A DNA stretch of 64,000 bases. Source: a virus (Duplodnaviria > Caudoviricetes). The stretch lies in the IMG/VR virus record IMGVR_UViG_3300034053_000029, positions 1 through 64,000 of that record. The stretch is one strand, 5' to 3'. The notes under the pieces are model-generated. The model had not been told where the DNA came from and ran no database searches. It worked only from the letters and a program-made list of their open reading frames with translations. Positions 9,816 through 19,577 of this stretch are shown here, in pieces. Position numbers and translations under genes: made by a program. Numbering within the stretch: the stretch's first letter is position 1; the number at the start of each line of letters is the position of its first letter.

Positions 9816-9865
9816 ATTATACTCTCATTAAGAGAAAAAGGTGAGAAATCTTTAAGTGATTGATT
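9816..9865 (-). promoter_or_regulatory. Early promoter with IHF-consensus box (weak -35)
   Basis: TATAAT at 9816-21; AATCAATCACTTA at 9853-65. Confidence 0.55.
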
Positions 9866-10073
9866 TCATTGAAGAAATCTCTCTGAGAGTTCTCCTGATA
9901 TCACCTTCAACGTGCTTTAAAAAGAACGGACACGATGCCGTCTTGCTGATCGTTATCATACGACCAGACGCAGTATGTTTAAATTTAAAATGCTTCGAAC
10001 CATCTTCAATCGACCACCCATTATTTAAATAAGGTGTGAGAAGTTTCCGTAGGGATTTGTCTTTGATGGTCAT
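9852..10073 (-). CDS. HicA-like mRNA interferase domain protein
   Basis: L..LL...GW.IEDGSKHFKFKH...G..ITI; no HicB neighbour. Confidence 0.6.
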   Translation of the reverse strand: MTIKDKSLRKLLTPYLNNGWSIEDGSKHFKFKHTASGRMITISKTASCPFFLKHVEGDIRRTLREISSMKSIT

Positions 10074-10074
10074 T

Positions 10075-10539
10075 TTAAAAATACCATGAAGGGGTAACGG
10101 TCTTCCAAGAGGCAATATGTCTCTTGTGCGTCATGTAGTATTTACGATACGAGTCGATTGTGGATTCGACCTTACAATCATCAGGCATACATTTTGGTGG
10201 TTCTTCCCAAGGAAGTTCTGGAAGAGTATTGATGTGAGATTTAAACAAATCAAGTTTTTCACCACACTTATGAAATTTTGAATACCTTAATGTGTATTCA
10301 TGTAACAAACATTCAAATAACTGTAATAGGTAAGAAAAGTGTAGTGATGATTTATTTGTCCATATTACTGCCGGATGATTTTTATGAGTCAACCTGTATA
10401 GGTTACAGTCATCTATGCCTCGCAACCTCAATACCGTAGATAATATTTGTGCACTTTCTTTTGTTTGCGATACTACATGCTTATTACAATGATACGAAGC
10501 ACATGTTTTTATGTCATTATCTAATACAAAAATGTTCAT
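10075..10539 (-). CDS. Pyrimidine dimer DNA glycosylase/endonuclease V family protein
   Basis: MNIFVLD......HCNKHVV....E.AQILST...Y+.TH.NHP...W. Confidence 0.75.
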   Translation of the reverse strand: MNIFVLDNDIKTCASYHCNKHVVSQTKESAQILSTVLRLRGIDDCNLYRLTHKNHPAVIWTNKSSLHFSYLLQLFECLLHEYTLRYSKFHKCGEKLDLFKSHINTLPELPWEEPPKCMPDDCKVESTIDSYRKYYMTHKRHIASWKTVTPSWYF

Positions 10540-11453
10540 ATATATTTAAATGTCTCGTCTAAGTTTAGAAGCTCTTCTTCAGTCAGAAGAATTAATTGGT
10601 GCTTAGTCATACCTGCATTTAGTTTTAGATTGTTGTCGTTAACATCTAACATTCCAATCGGTTTTATTTCTACTATTATATCATAGTCTGGTAAGTAGAA
10701 ATCTGGATAATAAAATTTATTTTTACCGTTTGATGCAACGTATCTAACTCGAAACTCTTTATTTTCGGCACTTGTTACTATAATGTTGTTTTTATCACAA
10801 TATTCAAGAAACACTAGTTCATATGAACTTCTGTAATATATATTTTTATAATATCCAGACACATGCCTACCATTACTACTCTTGGCACAAGTTACTGGAG
10901 CATCGTCTGAATCGAAAATTTCTTGAAGTCTTTTTTTGATTTTGTTTTTAGCTGAGTCTGTATGTCTATTAGTTCCGTTAGCAATTTTTGCTTTTGTGAT
11001 ATTATCTGAGTGCTGTTTAGTTCGTGGTTTACGTTTAATTCCTCTTCTAGAATCTGATGATTTTTGTTTAACTTCATCTATCTGTGCAACATTTGATACT
11101 CCATACTTTTCCATGTTACTTGTTTCTAGATTTTGTTGTTTTTTAATTTGGTCGGTGTTTGATATTCTTTTGTCGACCATTTCTTTTGGTTGAGTTTTAC
11201 CTTTCCAATATTTTGGATGAGTGTCAGTTAATGTTTTATGGTTCGCCGCACATTTTTGTGAGCAGTATTTTTGATAACACCAACCCCTAAAAGAAACTTT
11301 ACCATCACAAAATATACAAGTTTTTCTTATATCTGGAAAATGTTTTAGAATATATTGTTCTTTGGTTATTTTATGTGCTTGATTGATGTGAGCCGAAAAT
11401 GATTTTCTTGACTGAAAAATTTTACCACACTCTTTACATTTAAAGTCGTCCAT
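10536..11453 (-). CDS. Putative homing endonuclease, PD-(D/E)xK (TnsA-like) with Zn fingers
   Basis: C2H2 finger, YRSSYEL.F, YYPDFYL...IVEIKP; GATAAATA upstream. Confidence 0.75.
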   Translation of the reverse strand: MDDFKCKECGKIFQSRKSFSAHINQAHKITKEQYILKHFPDIRKTCIFCDGKVSFRGWCYQKYCSQKCAANHKTLTDTHPKYWKGKTQPKEMVDKRISNTDQIKKQQNLETSNMEKYGVSNVAQIDEVKQKSSDSRRGIKRKPRTKQHSDNITKAKIANGTNRHTDSAKNKIKKRLQEIFDSDDAPVTCAKSSNGRHVSGYYKNIYYRSSYELVFLEYCDKNNIIVTSAENKEFRVRYVASNGKNKFYYPDFYLPDYDIIVEIKPIGMLDVNDNNLKLNAGMTKHQLILLTEEELLNLDETFKYI

Positions 11454-11514
11454 AATATTTTGTCCTAGATAAATAAGAATATTTATCGTTTTGACACATT
11501 GTCTATCATAGAAG

Positions 11515-11655
11515 TTAATCTTCCTCAATGTCCTCTTCGTATTCACAAATTATTGTATATACGATTTCAAGAGGAATGTCTAAGAGTGATGAAATAGATG
11601 CAGGAGTTTCACCATTCTCATACATATCCAATACGTCATCAATCGTCCTCGACAT
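11515..11655 (-). CDS. Small acidic HTH-like protein (46 aa, not in ORF track)
   Basis: MSRTIDDVLDMYENGETPASISSLLDIPLEIVYTII. Confidence 0.55.
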   Translation of the reverse strand: MSRTIDDVLDMYENGETPASISSLLDIPLEIVYTIICEYEEDIEED

Positions 11656-11891
11656 TATAAATCACCTAAAGTTAAATTTGTGCCGTTGAGTTTCTTTTGG
11701 AAGATAATCTTCTCTGCCAAATCCATACACTCAGTGCCTGTGTAGGCACCGGTAATCTGAGAGACTTCATCTAGCCACTCGACAAAATCATCTGGTGGCT
11801 CGACACCAAACTGGACTAATCCCCAACAAATAAGTTGAAGGGAAAGCATTTCTTCCTTGTCGCTTGAGATTTTAAGAAATGGAAAGTACAT
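11655..11891 (-). CDS. Hypothetical protein
   Basis: Tightly packed ORF. Confidence 0.55.
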   Translation of the reverse strand: MYFPFLKISSDKEEMLSLQLICWGLVQFGVEPPDDFVEWLDEVSQITGAYTGTECMDLAEKIIFQKKLNGTNLTLGDL

Positions 11892-11893
11892 GA

Positions 11894-12244
11894 TTAGTAG
11901 TCGAAGTCGTAGTCAGGTTCTGGAAAATCTGCTTCTGGTGACATGGTATTATACTTGTCCCACAAGTCATCTTCAATAACATCGAGAGACTGGTCTTCAA
12001 GGGCAGCAATGATCTGCTCTTCAGTGAAGCGTTGATCGAACTCACCAACGATTTCCACACCTGTAATTTCTAGGTCGCTATCGTCTGGATAGCAATCCTC
12101 ATACCGTCCTGAATAGTTGCCTGGGAAAAAGTTCATGTTAGCTTCGATGCGAAACTTCACATCGATTTCGTCATCCTCTTGCAAGGTTCCCATATTGACC
12201 GTGTAGGTTTTTGTGATTACGACTTCCATTTTATTTCCTTTCAA
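11894..12244 (-). CDS. Hypothetical acidic protein
   Basis: Tightly packed ORF. Confidence 0.6.
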   Translation of the reverse strand: MKGNKMEVVITKTYTVNMGTLQEDDEIDVKFRIEANMNFFPGNYSGRYEDCYPDDSDLEITGVEIVGEFDQRFTEEQIIAALEDQSLDVIEDDLWDKYNTMSPEADFPEPDYDFDY

Positions 12245-12393
12245 AAAGGTACGTCTTCGTTAATAAAGAGGTCTTCAGTTTGAATGTTGCTCATTTCCTC
12301 ATCCAACCACTTTTCTTCATTTTGCATCACCTGAGAGTCATCGAAGAATTCCTCGTCAGGTATCGTGTCCTTCGCATAGAACATGCAGACCAT
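12241..12393 (-). CDS. Hypothetical acidic protein
   Basis: Refined start MVCMFYAKD; ends EDVPF. Confidence 0.5.
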   Translation of the reverse strand: MVCMFYAKDTIPDEEFFDDSQVMQNEEKWLDEEMSNIQTEDLFINEDVPF

Positions 12394-12394
12394 T

Positions 12395-12562
12395 TTAAAT
12401 ATTCCCCAAGGCAAGTTGAGCTTCCTCATTCGACAAGAAAATGTCGTTACGCACATCGTAGTAAGCGTGTTCGCCGGTTTGAGTGTTCCACATATAATGC
12501 AGTACACGACCAGTCCGAGTTGTGAAGGGAGTTTCTGTACCACCGCAAGCAGCAACCCACAT
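12395..12562 (-). CDS. Hypothetical 55 aa early protein (not in ORF track)
   Basis: AGGAGA RBS; MWVAACGGTETPFTTRTG...; directly after promoter. Confidence 0.65.
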   Translation of the reverse strand: MWVAACGGTETPFTTRTGRVLHYMWNTQTGEHAYYDVRNDIFLSNEEAQLALGNI

Positions 12563-12595
12563 GATGTTTCTCCTGAAATTGAATCAACAGAACGG

Positions 12596-12645
12596 ATTAT
12601 ACGCCTACTGAAAACAAAAGCAACAACTTTCGTAAGTGATTGATT
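12596..12645 (-). promoter_or_regulatory. Early promoter with IHF box
   Basis: TTGCTT-16-TATAAT; AATCAATCACTTA 9 nt upstream of -35. Confidence 0.75.
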
Positions 12646-12648
12646 TAC

Positions 12649-12682
12649 AAAAGAAAAAGGGACGATTGCTCGTCCCTTCTTT
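12649..12682. terminator. Intrinsic terminator (likely bidirectional)
   Basis: AAGGGACGA-TTGC-TCGTCCCTT flanked by A and T runs. Confidence 0.8.
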
Positions 12683-12879
12683 TAGTCCATGAACTCGACT
12701 TCGTTCCTATGAACGGCAAGCGGTCTTTCGTGAGAATCGAAGACTACCCATACCCATGTCTTACCGACACCATGTGACCAAACCGTACCTTCATCACCAA
12801 TACTCAAATTGGGTAATGCTTCATCTGGTTTGCCAACGAATCGGACACGCTGATCTTTAACGAACTTTCTCAGAGTCAT
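12682..12879 (-). CDS. Hypothetical SH3/KOW-like small protein
   Basis: 65 aa beta-rich pattern. Confidence 0.55.
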   Translation of the reverse strand: MTLRKFVKDQRVRFVGKPDEALPNLSIGDEGTVWSHGVGKTWVWVVFDSHERPLAVHRNEVEFMD

Positions 12880-12898
12880 TTTATTAAATCCTCACTTT

Positions 12899-12957
12899 GA
12901 TAAATAATAGAGACAAAAAAATGCTAGTCACGGAATTGGAGTTCCCACTAGCCTTAG
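12899..12957 (+). ncRNA. Late promoter + conserved endonuclease leader hairpin, copy 1
   Basis: GATAAATA; GCTAGT-CAC-GGAA[TTGGAG]TTCC-C-ACTAGC-CTTAG. Confidence 0.6.
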
Positions 12958-12985
12958 TCATTTCAACGACAATCAGGAGATCATC

Positions 12986-13582
12986 ATGACCAACACCAAT
13001 ATTTATTACGTCTATGCTTACATTAGACATAAAGATTCCAAAACTGCTAAGGCAGGAACCCCATACTACATTGGAAAAGGTTCCGGTAAAAGAGCATTCG
13101 AAACACACAAAAAAGGTGGATATTGTATTAGACCAAAAGACTATAAGAACATCATTATTATGGAATCAAACTTAACCGAATTGGGTGCATTTGCTTTAGA
13201 AAGACGTATGATTAGGTGGTACGGAAGAAAAGATGCAAACACTGGAATACTGTGTAATAGAACTGATGGTGGTGAAGGTTATACTGGAATAAAACCAAAT
13301 CTAGTAGGAGATAAAAACCCAGCTAAGAGGCAGGAAGTTAAAGATAAGATATCAAAAGCAAACACAGGAATGAAATTGACCGAAGAACAGAGGTTAAAAA
13401 ATTCATTGGCTCACCGTGGGCTAATAAAATCTAAAGAAACCAGAGAAAAACTTAGGAACGCACAATTAGGGAAACCTAAGATAAAATGTTCGTGTATTTA
13501 TTGTAGAAAAGTGACACAATACACGAACATTTTAAGATGGCATTCTAACTGCGAACAACAAACACATTCCCATTCATTTTAA
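12986..13582 (+). CDS. GIY-YIG homing endonuclease with NUMOD3-like repeats
   Basis: YYVYAY...PYYIGKG.G.R; E...I..YGR......L.N.TDGGEG. Confidence 0.9.
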   Translation: MTNTNIYYVYAYIRHKDSKTAKAGTPYYIGKGSGKRAFETHKKGGYCIRPKDYKNIIIMESNLTELGAFALERRMIRWYGRKDANTGILCNRTDGGEGYTGIKPNLVGDKNPAKRQEVKDKISKANTGMKLTEEQRLKNSLAHRGLIKSKETREKLRNAQLGKPKIKCSCIYCRKVTQYTNILRWHSNCEQQTHSHSF

Positions 13583-13844
13583 TCTCTAGTAGAGATTCTA
13601 AGTTTATCATTCTGTACGCCTTATCGGGATTCTCGGTGTTAGCTTCCCACACACCAACCAAGTTCTTAGCCTTGGGATCGAACTTCAGTTCGCCACCCTT
13701 AACAAACTTAGAGACACCCTTACGGCACACCATGTCACGAACCGAACCATCAGTACGCTTCACGAACTTAACCGAAAAGAACGTCGAACCATTGTACTCA
13801 CGAACCATCTGAGCAGCAACTTCACGGGAAATAACTTGTGTCAT
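13545..13844 (-). CDS. Conserved phage early protein (SH3/WYL-like)
   Basis: [15 protein letters not shown]...YRMINLE; AGGAG RBS. Confidence 0.7.
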   Translation of the reverse strand: MTQVISREVAAQMVREYNGSTFFSVKFVKRTDGSVRDMVCRKGVSKFVKGGELKFDPKAKNLVGVWEANTENPDKAYRMINLESLLEIKMNGNVFVVRS

Positions 13845-13887
13845 AATTTTCTCCTTTAGAAAGACACGTTGAACAACCGATGAGTGA

Positions 13888-13928
13888 ATTATAAACGAAC
13901 CAATCTAGAAGTCAACAAATTTCGTAAG
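13888..13928 (-). promoter_or_regulatory. Early promoter
   Basis: TTGACT-16-TATAAT; partial upstream box CACTTACGAAA. Confidence 0.8.
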
Positions 13929-13946
13929 TGTCTGTTTCTAAAGATA

Positions 13947-14861
13947 TTAATTGTATCCACGTTCCCAACCAAGACCATCATTGATGTATCCGTCGTTCAA
14001 GTCCTCGGAGATAGAAAGTGTGGTGATAGGGTATGATGGAATACGCAAGTCACTGATAGGACGAATTTTTCCTTCGGCTTCAAGTTGCTCAATGGTCTTG
14101 TTTTCAAGATCAAGATCATCCATTACAGCATCTAGTTCATCTTTCTTTTCCATCTTTTCTTCCTCTGATCCATAAAACGATAGTTCCCAAAACACACCAC
14201 CCAATACATCACTAAGTGACATACCACGCTTTGCATCAATCAGTTTTGGGATATCTTTGTATTTCATTTCACACGCACGAATCTTCTCGACGTACTTTTC
14301 CCAATCATCATAAATCTGAAATGCATCGTTGATGCGAATTGGAAGACTTAGTAAATCATCAAGTCCACAGAAATCAATCCCCCAATTAATGCGTGATCCT
14401 TTATCATAAACACCACCATGCCCATCATCGTAATCTTCTTTCAACGCAAACCCGATACCGTGGCAACATACGTTATCTGCACCGTTAAGTTCGCCTTCAA
14501 AGATTTCTGGTGCCCAATACAATTCAAGGTACTCGATTTCCCTTGGATCATACACGACTGGTTTCTGAACGAAGCCGATCTTCTGCCATTGTTTCACATA
14601 CTCTGACACAAAGCAATTTGGAAAAGCAATGTCGCAGAGTTCTGGTTGTCCAGACATGATGATGAACAAATCATTCAGAACAACGTCAGGATGAATCCAA
14701 ACGTGACGGTCTCGTTTGTGCATCCAATCCATGAATGAGGAACAATCACGCTCCACATATTCACCCTTACCTGCCTCATGATCGTACACCCAATCGTTAT
14801 AGATGATCTTTCCCTTTGGGTGAATTTCAAGAGACAGAAATTGTTTATTATCTTTATGCAT
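13947..14861 (-). CDS. Hypothetical protein
   Basis: 304 aa ORF. Confidence 0.75.
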   Translation of the reverse strand: MHKDNKQFLSLEIHPKGKIIYNDWVYDHEAGKGEYVERDCSSFMDWMHKRDRHVWIHPDVVLNDLFIIMSGQPELCDIAFPNCFVSEYVKQWQKIGFVQKPVVYDPREIEYLELYWAPEIFEGELNGADNVCCHGIGFALKEDYDDGHGGVYDKGSRINWGIDFCGLDDLLSLPIRINDAFQIYDDWEKYVEKIRACEMKYKDIPKLIDAKRGMSLSDVLGGVFWELSFYGSEEEKMEKKDELDAVMDDLDLENKTIEQLEAEGKIRPISDLRIPSYPITTLSISEDLNDGYINDGLGWERGYN

Positions 14862-15262
14862 TATTTGAAATCTCTCATTTCGTTAAATTTATGTGCATCA
14901 ACTTTCTTCAAGAACAATTTTTCACGTTCTGAAATCGCACCCTGCACCTGATCGGTTTCGATCATTGCGTAGTAAGCATCTAGAAACCCACCCTTGATGT
15001 CTGCCAATTTACGGAATGGATCAAGAGGAAGAATACGCTCAACTCCAGAGTTGATTGCGGTTTCAAGTCCTAGTGCCTTATTGAAATTCTCTTTCTCACT
15101 ACAAATTGAGAATCGAACAGCAACTGTACGATCTTCGTAATCCATATCAAAAACTAGAGTGACACCACCAAGATTAGATGGTTCATAATTTTGTGTTAGG
15201 TTTCGCAGGTAACGAATCACACGAACATGTTTGACAACATCTGTTTTCTTTTCTTTCGTCAT
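14861..15262 (-). CDS. Hypothetical protein
   Basis: Refined start MTKEKK; FSICSEKENFNK.LG. Confidence 0.65.
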   Translation of the reverse strand: MTKEKKTDVVKHVRVIRYLRNLTQNYEPSNLGGVTLVFDMDYEDRTVAVRFSICSEKENFNKALGLETAINSGVERILPLDPFRKLADIKGGFLDAYYAMIETDQVQGAISEREKLFLKKVDAHKFNEMRDFK

Positions 15263-15272
15263 AATATATTCC

Positions 15273-15851
15273 TCACTTAAAAGGGAAGCGAACCTTCCCA
15301 TCGATTACTGGTAATTTGTGCCCATTCAAATAATAAGTCTTACTGTCTTTCATTGCCATCCAACCTGATTCCATACGACCAAATTGCAATGCGGTCTGAA
15401 TACACTCCAAACATACATGATCGTGGTTCCAACTTGTAGTGCAAAAATGCAATCTTTCTCCCCATGAATCGGAAGTAAACTTGAATATCTTAAATGCAGG
15501 TTTAGTTTCCTTACATACCGCACATTCCTTTGCCACGTTGTAATCATATGGTCGACCACGTTGAATCTTAGCGTAGTTTGGTAGAGCAGCAGTTGCATTC
15601 ACCTTCTTCAATAAGCAAGATGGACAAATACATTCCTTATGAAACTTGTCAGCATGAAACTTGATACCCAATCGGTATTTGAGTGGATATTTAGCATCAC
15701 ACATAATATCGAAACTAGAGAATGGCATCTTCACCTTACATTCAACGCACCGATACGGTTTGAGTTGATATGCAAGATAGTTCTTGACATTCTGCCAACG
15801 ATACCGATACAACCAATCCGGTACGTTAATCCTCAGATTTATCTTTGCCAT
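15273..15851 (-). CDS. Hypothetical Cys-rich (Zn-binding) protein
   Basis: Several CxxC pairs. Confidence 0.65.
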   Translation of the reverse strand: MAKINLRINVPDWLYRYRWQNVKNYLAYQLKPYRCVECKVKMPFSSFDIMCDAKYPLKYRLGIKFHADKFHKECICPSCLLKKVNATAALPNYAKIQRGRPYDYNVAKECAVCKETKPAFKIFKFTSDSWGERLHFCTTSWNHDHVCLECIQTALQFGRMESGWMAMKDSKTYYLNGHKLPVIDGKVRFPFK

Positions 15852-15952
15852 CTTTTTTATCTTTCAAAATAATGAATACCAAGAACCATGCGTACCATGC
15901 CGCCATTGTAATAACGACACCAACTATAAACCCCATCGGAAAATCCCACATT

Positions 15953-16231
15953 TCAAACCCTCTCGTTGATTCTTGCTTTCCACCACCACATTCGCTTGTT
16001 CCATCTGATCTTCGCTTGCTTCCATCGTGGTCTGGTTTTCACCGGAGCATGATCGACCAGGTAGTGAATGTGAGCAAATATACGTTGAAGAGGATCATCT
16101 ATGTGGCGACGAATACAGAATGCCATTCCTCTAGCATATCTCCAATACTTGTCTCTAGCGTCCCTAACTGGTCTAAATTTCATTTCTTCCAATTCACATC
16201 CCAAAACACTTCGTTTGGATGAGTTCTCCAA
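15953..16231 (-). CDS. Hypothetical basic protein
   Basis: ORF track; start uncertain. Confidence 0.45.
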   Translation of the reverse strand: MENSSKRSVLGCELEEMKFRPVRDARDKYWRYARGMAFCIRRHIDDPLQRIFAHIHYLVDHAPVKTRPRWKQAKIRWNKRMWWWKARINERV

Positions 16232-16413
16232 TAAAGTTGATATAATTTGTTGCCCTTACCAACGTACTTCTCAAATATAATATCCGATCTTGGGTGATTA
16301 TGACCTTGACAACCAGGACAAGGATACGATGCCTTCCATCTTTGCTTTTCCATCAGAGATTGTGGTCGACTCATCACGAAGTCCCAAAATCTGGTGCTAT
16401 AACAAATACTCAC
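16180..16413 (-). CDS. Hypothetical protein
   Basis: ORF track. Confidence 0.5.
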   Translation of the reverse strand: MSICYSTRFWDFVMSRPQSLMEKQRWKASYPCPGCQGHNHPRSDIIFEKYVGKGNKLYQLYWRTHPNEVFWDVNWKK

Positions 16414-16988
16414 TGATTCACCTTTTGAAGTGCACCGATTAATGGTTGGAGATTTTTTAAGGAAAACGAAACCGCCTCAAATTGAGTATCGATTCCAAGA
16501 ATCATTGCATTCCCATCTTCTGTTTCATATTCACCATAGCTTACTTCGATAGCCTGTCCATCATCATCAACAAAAGATTCTTTTTTAATTTCCTTCATTG
16601 GTTTCTCAAAGAAATAATCTTTTGTTGAAATCGTCAATGGTGAACCATTATGAGGAATAACCACAGCAATAAAATCTGAATGATTTGACGCACCTAGAAC
16701 TAGCCCCCAACCATTAAATAATCCACCATCACGAGTGCGATAATCTCTTACCCATACAGGAGTTCCAACTTCTGGTTTTGGTGCTGTTGCTTCTACTGCC
16801 TCTTTCTTTTGGTTATACACTTTCATTCTTTCCTCAATCTCTTTCTCTTGTGCCGGAGTCAAAATCAAAGTTGCATTATCCATCGTTGGAATTGGGCCGT
16901 ATGTCACTGGAGCAATACCGCCATGCCACGGATGAGTAAAAGGGCCAAATTGAATATTTCCTACATTGCTCATATCATTACCTTTCAT
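16410..16988 (-). CDS. Hypothetical protein
   Basis: 192 aa. Confidence 0.6.
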   Translation of the reverse strand: MKGNDMSNVGNIQFGPFTHPWHGGIAPVTYGPIPTMDNATLILTPAQEKEIEERMKVYNQKKEAVEATAPKPEVGTPVWVRDYRTRDGGLFNGWGLVLGASNHSDFIAVVIPHNGSPLTISTKDYFFEKPMKEIKKESFVDDDGQAIEVSYGEYETEDGNAMILGIDTQFEAVSFSLKNLQPLIGALQKVNQ

Positions 16989-17247
16989 ATAATTTATACC
17001 AATCGGAGTGGTAAATAACTCTCTTGCCCCAGGGAATACTAAAATTATCTTCTAATCCCTTGAACTTCATCAAAACGAATACCATCTGTTCTTCAGTGAT
17101 ATGAATTACATGATAGCACATTCCGGTCATATCTGTAAAGTGTTTTTTGATGGTATCTGACATAAGGTATAGTGAGTACCGGTCTTTATTTTTGTACCAA
17201 TAGTACTCAGGTAACTCACTATAATCATCCACCAAAATCAACTCCAA
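16978..17247 (-). CDS. Possible divergent LKW-family protein with C-terminal extension
   Basis: ITEEQMVFVLMKF motif. Confidence 0.5.
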   Translation of the reverse strand: MELILVDDYSELPEYYWYKNKDRYSLYLMSDTIKKHFTDMTGMCYHVIHITEEQMVFVLMKFKGLEDNFSIPWGKRVIYHSDWYKLYER

Positions 17248-17807
17248 CCTTTCATAATAGTGATGATTCGTCGCATATCATACTGACCAAGACCACGATC
17301 TTCATCCACCAAAATCAATTTGTCATCATACTTATCTTTGTCTGTAATAAGCGCACGATACATGCTATAACCGGAACTCTGATCATCGAGCGCAATCCAG
17401 TTTTTGACTTCTGGATGACGGGACAACCACGACTCGACTTGATGTAATCGACTACATGGATATCCAACACCATCCGAAATCTTTACCCAATCGTCATACT
17501 CAACTGCTTCACCACCTGTTTTCCAATCGGGATGTAGTAGAATAGGAACTTCATTTGTTTCAAACAAATCGATTGTGTTCTCCGGAGTCTTTAGGTGGTT
17601 TCTCCATGTCGAGGAAACGACCGTCTTGAAGTCATAGACTTTGTGCAAGTGTGTCCAGAAGTACTTGAATCGGTCGCACATTCTCCAGTAGTCGCATATC
17701 TCAATCAAGTCAGGATCGCCGGGATATACACGACGATTATCTGGATGGAATGAGATATCTACGTTAGTAAACACTGGTCCGTCGAAATCTAAGAAAACTA
17801 TATTCAT
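17238..17807 (-). CDS. HAD domain protein of Swiss-Army-knife RNA repair type
   Basis: IVFLDFDGP, VVSSTWR, WL..HPEV.NWIALDD. Confidence 0.8.
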   Translation of the reverse strand: MNIVFLDFDGPVFTNVDISFHPDNRRVYPGDPDLIEICDYWRMCDRFKYFWTHLHKVYDFKTVVSSTWRNHLKTPENTIDLFETNEVPILLHPDWKTGGEAVEYDDWVKISDGVGYPCSRLHQVESWLSRHPEVKNWIALDDQSSGYSMYRALITDKDKYDDKLILVDEDRGLGQYDMRRIITIMKGWS

Positions 17808-18694
17808 TTGAATTTATCCACCAATCGTTGTAATTCTGAAACAAGAGCATCCGTACCTTGATCTTTCACGAAAGCGTTACTAATACTCCCATAATGCATT
17901 TCGATACATTCCATCAGTAAATTCTTAATCACTTTTTCATCAGGTGTATTTTGTAAAGACGAATTTATATAAACCCCTTCGAGTTGTAATTGTTTTTGCT
18001 GATGCCATTCTTGCAATTGATCCAACGACCATTCTCCACGACGGATTGACATGAGGATTTTTGAATTACGCTCAAGGTCTAGATCATATTCTACCATGAT
18101 CTGTTCTGCCTCAAGTAACAACCTCACAACATGATAAGCGAATTTTACATCATACCCGAAATCTTCAATTGTCTTAGCACGTTTCGGATTAGATGAATTG
18201 ACTTTGTTTGCAATCTTGCTCATCTGACTGTGAGCATAACCAGAAAACTTATGCTTGCTACCTTTATGCAAAAACAATTTCCGATTATCACGAATATGCT
18301 CGTAAATATGGGTAGAATGAAGAACACAACGTCGAGGTAAGAATAAACTATCGACCATGTTTGGATTGTTTTCCATCGTCAATTGAAAGAATTTCACGAT
18401 AGAAAATATCGTAAGATCAAATTCCTTATTCCATTCTGGAACTTTAATATGGTGTTGTTGAAATTGCTCAAATCTTTCTTGTGGTGTTCCAAACCCAATA
18501 ATTTCTCCACGAAGATGAGGGAATAACACATCTTTTGGTGGCATACAGAATCCAACAATATCCATATCGCTTGTGTCGTTAGAACATCCATACGCAACCG
18601 ATCCAGTTAGTCCTTCAAAAAGAACATTGTTGGATAACCATTTTGGAGCATGAATTAGTGATTTTTCAACTAACTGATTTACATAACTTGACAT
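17804..18694 (-). CDS. DNA Pol-beta superfamily nucleotidyltransferase (RlaP / T4 NrdC.11-like)
   Basis: GSVAYG.S...SD.DI.G; NPN..D.L; YDVKFAYH..RLL. Confidence 0.85.
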   Translation of the reverse strand: MSSYVNQLVEKSLIHAPKWLSNNVLFEGLTGSVAYGCSNDTSDMDIVGFCMPPKDVLFPHLRGEIIGFGTPQERFEQFQQHHIKVPEWNKEFDLTIFSIVKFFQLTMENNPNMVDSLFLPRRCVLHSTHIYEHIRDNRKLFLHKGSKHKFSGYAHSQMSKIANKVNSSNPKRAKTIEDFGYDVKFAYHVVRLLLEAEQIMVEYDLDLERNSKILMSIRRGEWSLDQLQEWHQQKQLQLEGVYINSSLQNTPDEKVIKNLLMECIEMHYGSISNAFVKDQGTDALVSELQRLVDKFK

Positions 18695-18697
18695 TAT

Positions 18698-18901
18698 TTA
18701 TTCTTCTGAAAATAGTTTTTCTGTAGCCCACCCGATGGCAAGTGACTCGCTATCGTGCGTGGTTGTCTCATACCGCATAAACGGGTCAACAACCAGGAAC
18801 TTGCCTTCACTTGGCATAACGTAGAGCATCCTTCCTTTTTGGTTTGTGAGAACTTTCTTCTCAATGCCGTTCTTTGTGTCTTGTGTAATTTCAAGTTTCA
18901 T
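18698..18901 (-). CDS. Hypothetical protein
   Basis: Tightly packed ORF. Confidence 0.5.
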   Translation of the reverse strand: MKLEITQDTKNGIEKKVLTNQKGRMLYVMPSEGKFLVVDPFMRYETTTHDSESLAIGWATEKLFSEE

Positions 18902-19119
18902 TATTTTATTCCAAAATGTTGTTTAATATCCGCATCAACTAGCCCATTGTCAATTTGTGACTGCCGGCCGGCATACATGCATTCCTTGATAATCAACTCT
19001 GCAAAATCTTCAAACTGTTCAGTGCTACCAAGAATTTGAAATGGCTTAGGTGGATTAATCATAAAGCATTCAATCTTCAATCCTGCCTGTCTAGCAAGTT
19101 CTTTGATTCGCTCGTTCAT
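18901..19119 (-). CDS. MNERI-family small protein
   Basis: MNERIKELA...FAELIIKEC...HFGIK. Confidence 0.75.
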   Translation of the reverse strand: MNERIKELARQAGLKIECFMINPPKPFQILGSTEQFEDFAELIIKECMYAGRQSQIDNGLVDADIKQHFGIK

Positions 19120-19352
19120 TATTTTACTCCGAAATGCTTTTCTATATTATTCACTGCCGCAGTTGTTCCAAAATCAACGTAATCAGCACGAATTACATTA
19201 ACACATTCCTTCACAATCAACTCTGCGAATTTTTCCCGACTGAATTCTTTTCCAGTACGCTCAAACATATAACCGCTTGGTGGATCACGCTCCATTCGAG
19301 TATATTCCACATACGCTTCAAGTTCAAGTTCTTTAATTCGCTCGTTCATCAT
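19119..19352 (-). CDS. MNERI-family small protein
   Basis: MNERIKELE...FAELIVKEC...HFGVK. Confidence 0.75.
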   Translation of the reverse strand: MMNERIKELELEAYVEYTRMERDPPSGYMFERTGKEFSREKFAELIVKECVNVIRADYVDFGTTAAVNNIEKHFGVK

Positions 19353-19573
19353 TTTACTCCGAAATATTCTTCGATCATTGTAGCACCAAGTTCGGCACCA
19401 GTGTTCGCCTTATCGTGTTCTGATTTTAGATCGAAAGAGAAATCTGTCTCACGAAGTATCGTAGCACATTCCTTGACGATCAACTCTGCGAACTTAGCCT
19501 TGTCAAAGAAACGGAATCCATCGTGTTCTTCGACGGTGCATTGCTCAATAAGTTCTTTGATTCGCTCGTTCAT
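19349..19573 (-). CDS. MNERI-family small protein
   Basis: Refined start; FAELIVKEC...YFGVK. Confidence 0.75.
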   Translation of the reverse strand: MNERIKELIEQCTVEEHDGFRFFDKAKFAELIVKECATILRETDFSFDLKSEHDKANTGAELGATMIEEYFGVK

Positions 19574-19577
19574 TATC

